From positions 1-24,696 of the forward strand of contig SKIS01000047.1 in assembly GCA_007116295.1 (NCBI GenBank): a stretch of 24,696 nt of DNA. The letters are read 5' to 3'. This stretch comes from Candidatus Woesearchaeota archaeon (GTDB lineage Archaea; Nanobdellota; Nanobdellia; Woesearchaeales; 21-14-0-10-32-9). Below, one piece after another: positions 23,713 to 24,696 of the stretch. How positions within the stretch are numbered: position 1 is the first letter of the stretch; each line of letters begins with the position of its first letter. The notes under the pieces were generated by a model. It was given only the letters and a program-made list of their open reading frames with translations, ran no database searches and was not told the origin of the DNA. Position numbers and translations under genes: made by a program.

Positions 23713-23934
23713 ATGTTTGAAGTAGGTAGAGTTTGTGTAAAAATAGCTGGTAGAGACGCTGGTAAAACTTGCGTAGTTGTCGAGACGCACGATAATGGTT
23801 TTGTTACTGTCGATGGTCACACCAGGCGTAGGAAAGTCAATTCTAAGCATTTGGAGCCTTTAAACAAGGTTATTAAGGTTAAAAAAAGTGCTAAGGCAGA
23901 GGATTTAAAGAAAGAATTAGCTGATTTAGGCTAA
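23713..23934 (+). CDS. rpl14e: 50S ribosomal protein eL14
   Basis: EVGRVCVKIAGRDAGK...RRRKVNSKHLEP. SD GGAGGA at 23699-23704. Confidence 0.95.
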   Translation: MFEVGRVCVKIAGRDAGKTCVVVETHDNGFVTVDGHTRRRKVNSKHLEPLNKVIKVKKSAKAEDLKKELADLG

Positions 23935-23935
23935 T

Positions 23936-23951
23936 CTTTCCACTTTTTTTT
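23936..23951 (+). terminator. Archaeal oligo-T terminator candidate
   Basis: CTTTCCAC followed by a T8 run immediately after the rpl14e stop. Confidence 0.55.
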
Positions 23952-23959
23952 AAGAAACA

Positions 23960-23967
23960 TTTATAAA
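23960..23967 (+). promoter_or_regulatory. TATA box for the TrmB-family gene (leaderless)
   Basis: GAAACA-TTTATAAA, 25 nt before the ATG at 23993. Confidence 0.6.
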
Positions 23968-23992
23968 CAAGTAGTTATTCTTTAGTAGTAAC

Positions 23993-24696
23993 ATGATACT
24001 TAGTGATAAATTACTACACGATTTGAAAGGGTTAGGATTAAACTCTTATGAAGTTAAAATATGGACTGCTCTTCTCAGCAGAGGAGTTAGCAGCGCAGGG
24101 GAATTGAGTGATATTGCGAATGTTCCGAGAAGTAGATCATATGACGTTCTAGAAAGCCTAGAAAAAAAAGGCTTTGTAGTAATGAAAATAGGCAAGCCAA
24201 TAAAATATATAGCTGTGCCACCAAAAGAAGTTCTAGAAAGAGTAAAAAAAACTATAAGAACAGACGCCGACAAAACAATTGACAGAATAGCGGACTTAGA
24301 AGACTCAGAAATACTAGAAGAACTAGAAGAACTTCATCAAAACAGCTTAGAAAACCACGACCCAGTAGAATATAGTGGCGCTCTAAGAGGAAAAAGAAGC
24401 CTTCACGATCAAATAAATATGCTCATAAAAGAAGCAGAAGAAGAATTCATACTAGTAACAACAGAAGAAAACATAGAAAAAAAATATTACGCCATAAAAG
24501 ATAGCTTAATCAAAGCAAAGAAAAGAGGTGTCAAAATAAAAATAGCTGCACCAAAAATACCAAAAGAACTACAAGAACTCGTAGAAACACAAGAAACAGA
24601 CCTTAAAGCAAGGTTTTGCGTTGCAGACAACAAATCAACTGTTTTCATGCTAACACAAGGAATAAATCAAGATCCTGCGATATGGATTAACTCTCC
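23993..24696 (+). CDS. TrmB-family (TrmBL2-like) transcription regulator / chromatin protein, 3'-truncated by window; not in the ORF track
   Basis: Manual translation: MILSDKLLHDLKGLGLNSYEVKIWTALLSRGVSSAGELSDIANVPRSRSYDVLESLEKKGFVVMKIGKPIKYIAV. The frame is open to the window end. Confidence 0.92.
   Translation, partial: MILSDKLLHDLKGLGLNSYEVKIWTALLSRGVSSAGELSDIANVPRSRSYDVLESLEKKGFVVMKIGKPIKYIAVPPKEVLERVKKTIRTDADKTIDRIADLEDSEILEELEELHQNSLENHDPVEYSGALRGKRSLHDQINMLIKEAEEEFILVTTEENIEKKYYAIKDSLIKAKKRGVKIKIAAPKIPKELQELVETQETDLKARFCVADNKSTVFMLTQGINQDPAIWINS

Noticed and set aside
1-24696. tRNA genes, IS elements, integrases, inteins or introns
   Set aside because: The intergenic gaps are too small or lack a tRNA cloverleaf or T-loop. 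No transposase or integrase motifs were seen, and the proteins are collinear with their families without large insertions.

Overview
This AT-rich archaeal window is most likely from a DPANN/Nanobdellota (Woesearchaeales-like) genome, judged from the N-terminally extended uS14, shortened uL30/uL18, Zn-free eL34 and loss of adk/cmk from the spc cluster; the taxonomy is an inference. The left ~9.4 kb holds the radA 3' end, a TRAM protein, a class III signal peptide protein with 7 LVIVD repeats, rps2, a minus-strand membrane protein-hypothetical-radB operon, and uvrA-uvrC-HD. From 9.5 to 23.9 kb is a complete archaeal S10/spc ribosomal protein cluster (uL3 to secY, DUF106, eL34, eL14). A TrmB/TrmBL2-like regulator, missed by the ORF track, runs off the right end. 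The most notable unexplained features are two structured ~95 and ~146 nt leaders in front of rps2 and rpl3, each closed by a helix between the predicted transcript 5' end and the start-proximal region and each with a competing alternative pairing. Also notable is a UvrC lacking its C-terminal (HhH)2 domain, coupled to an HD protein with no uvrB in the window. No tRNA, rRNA, CRISPR or mobile element was found.
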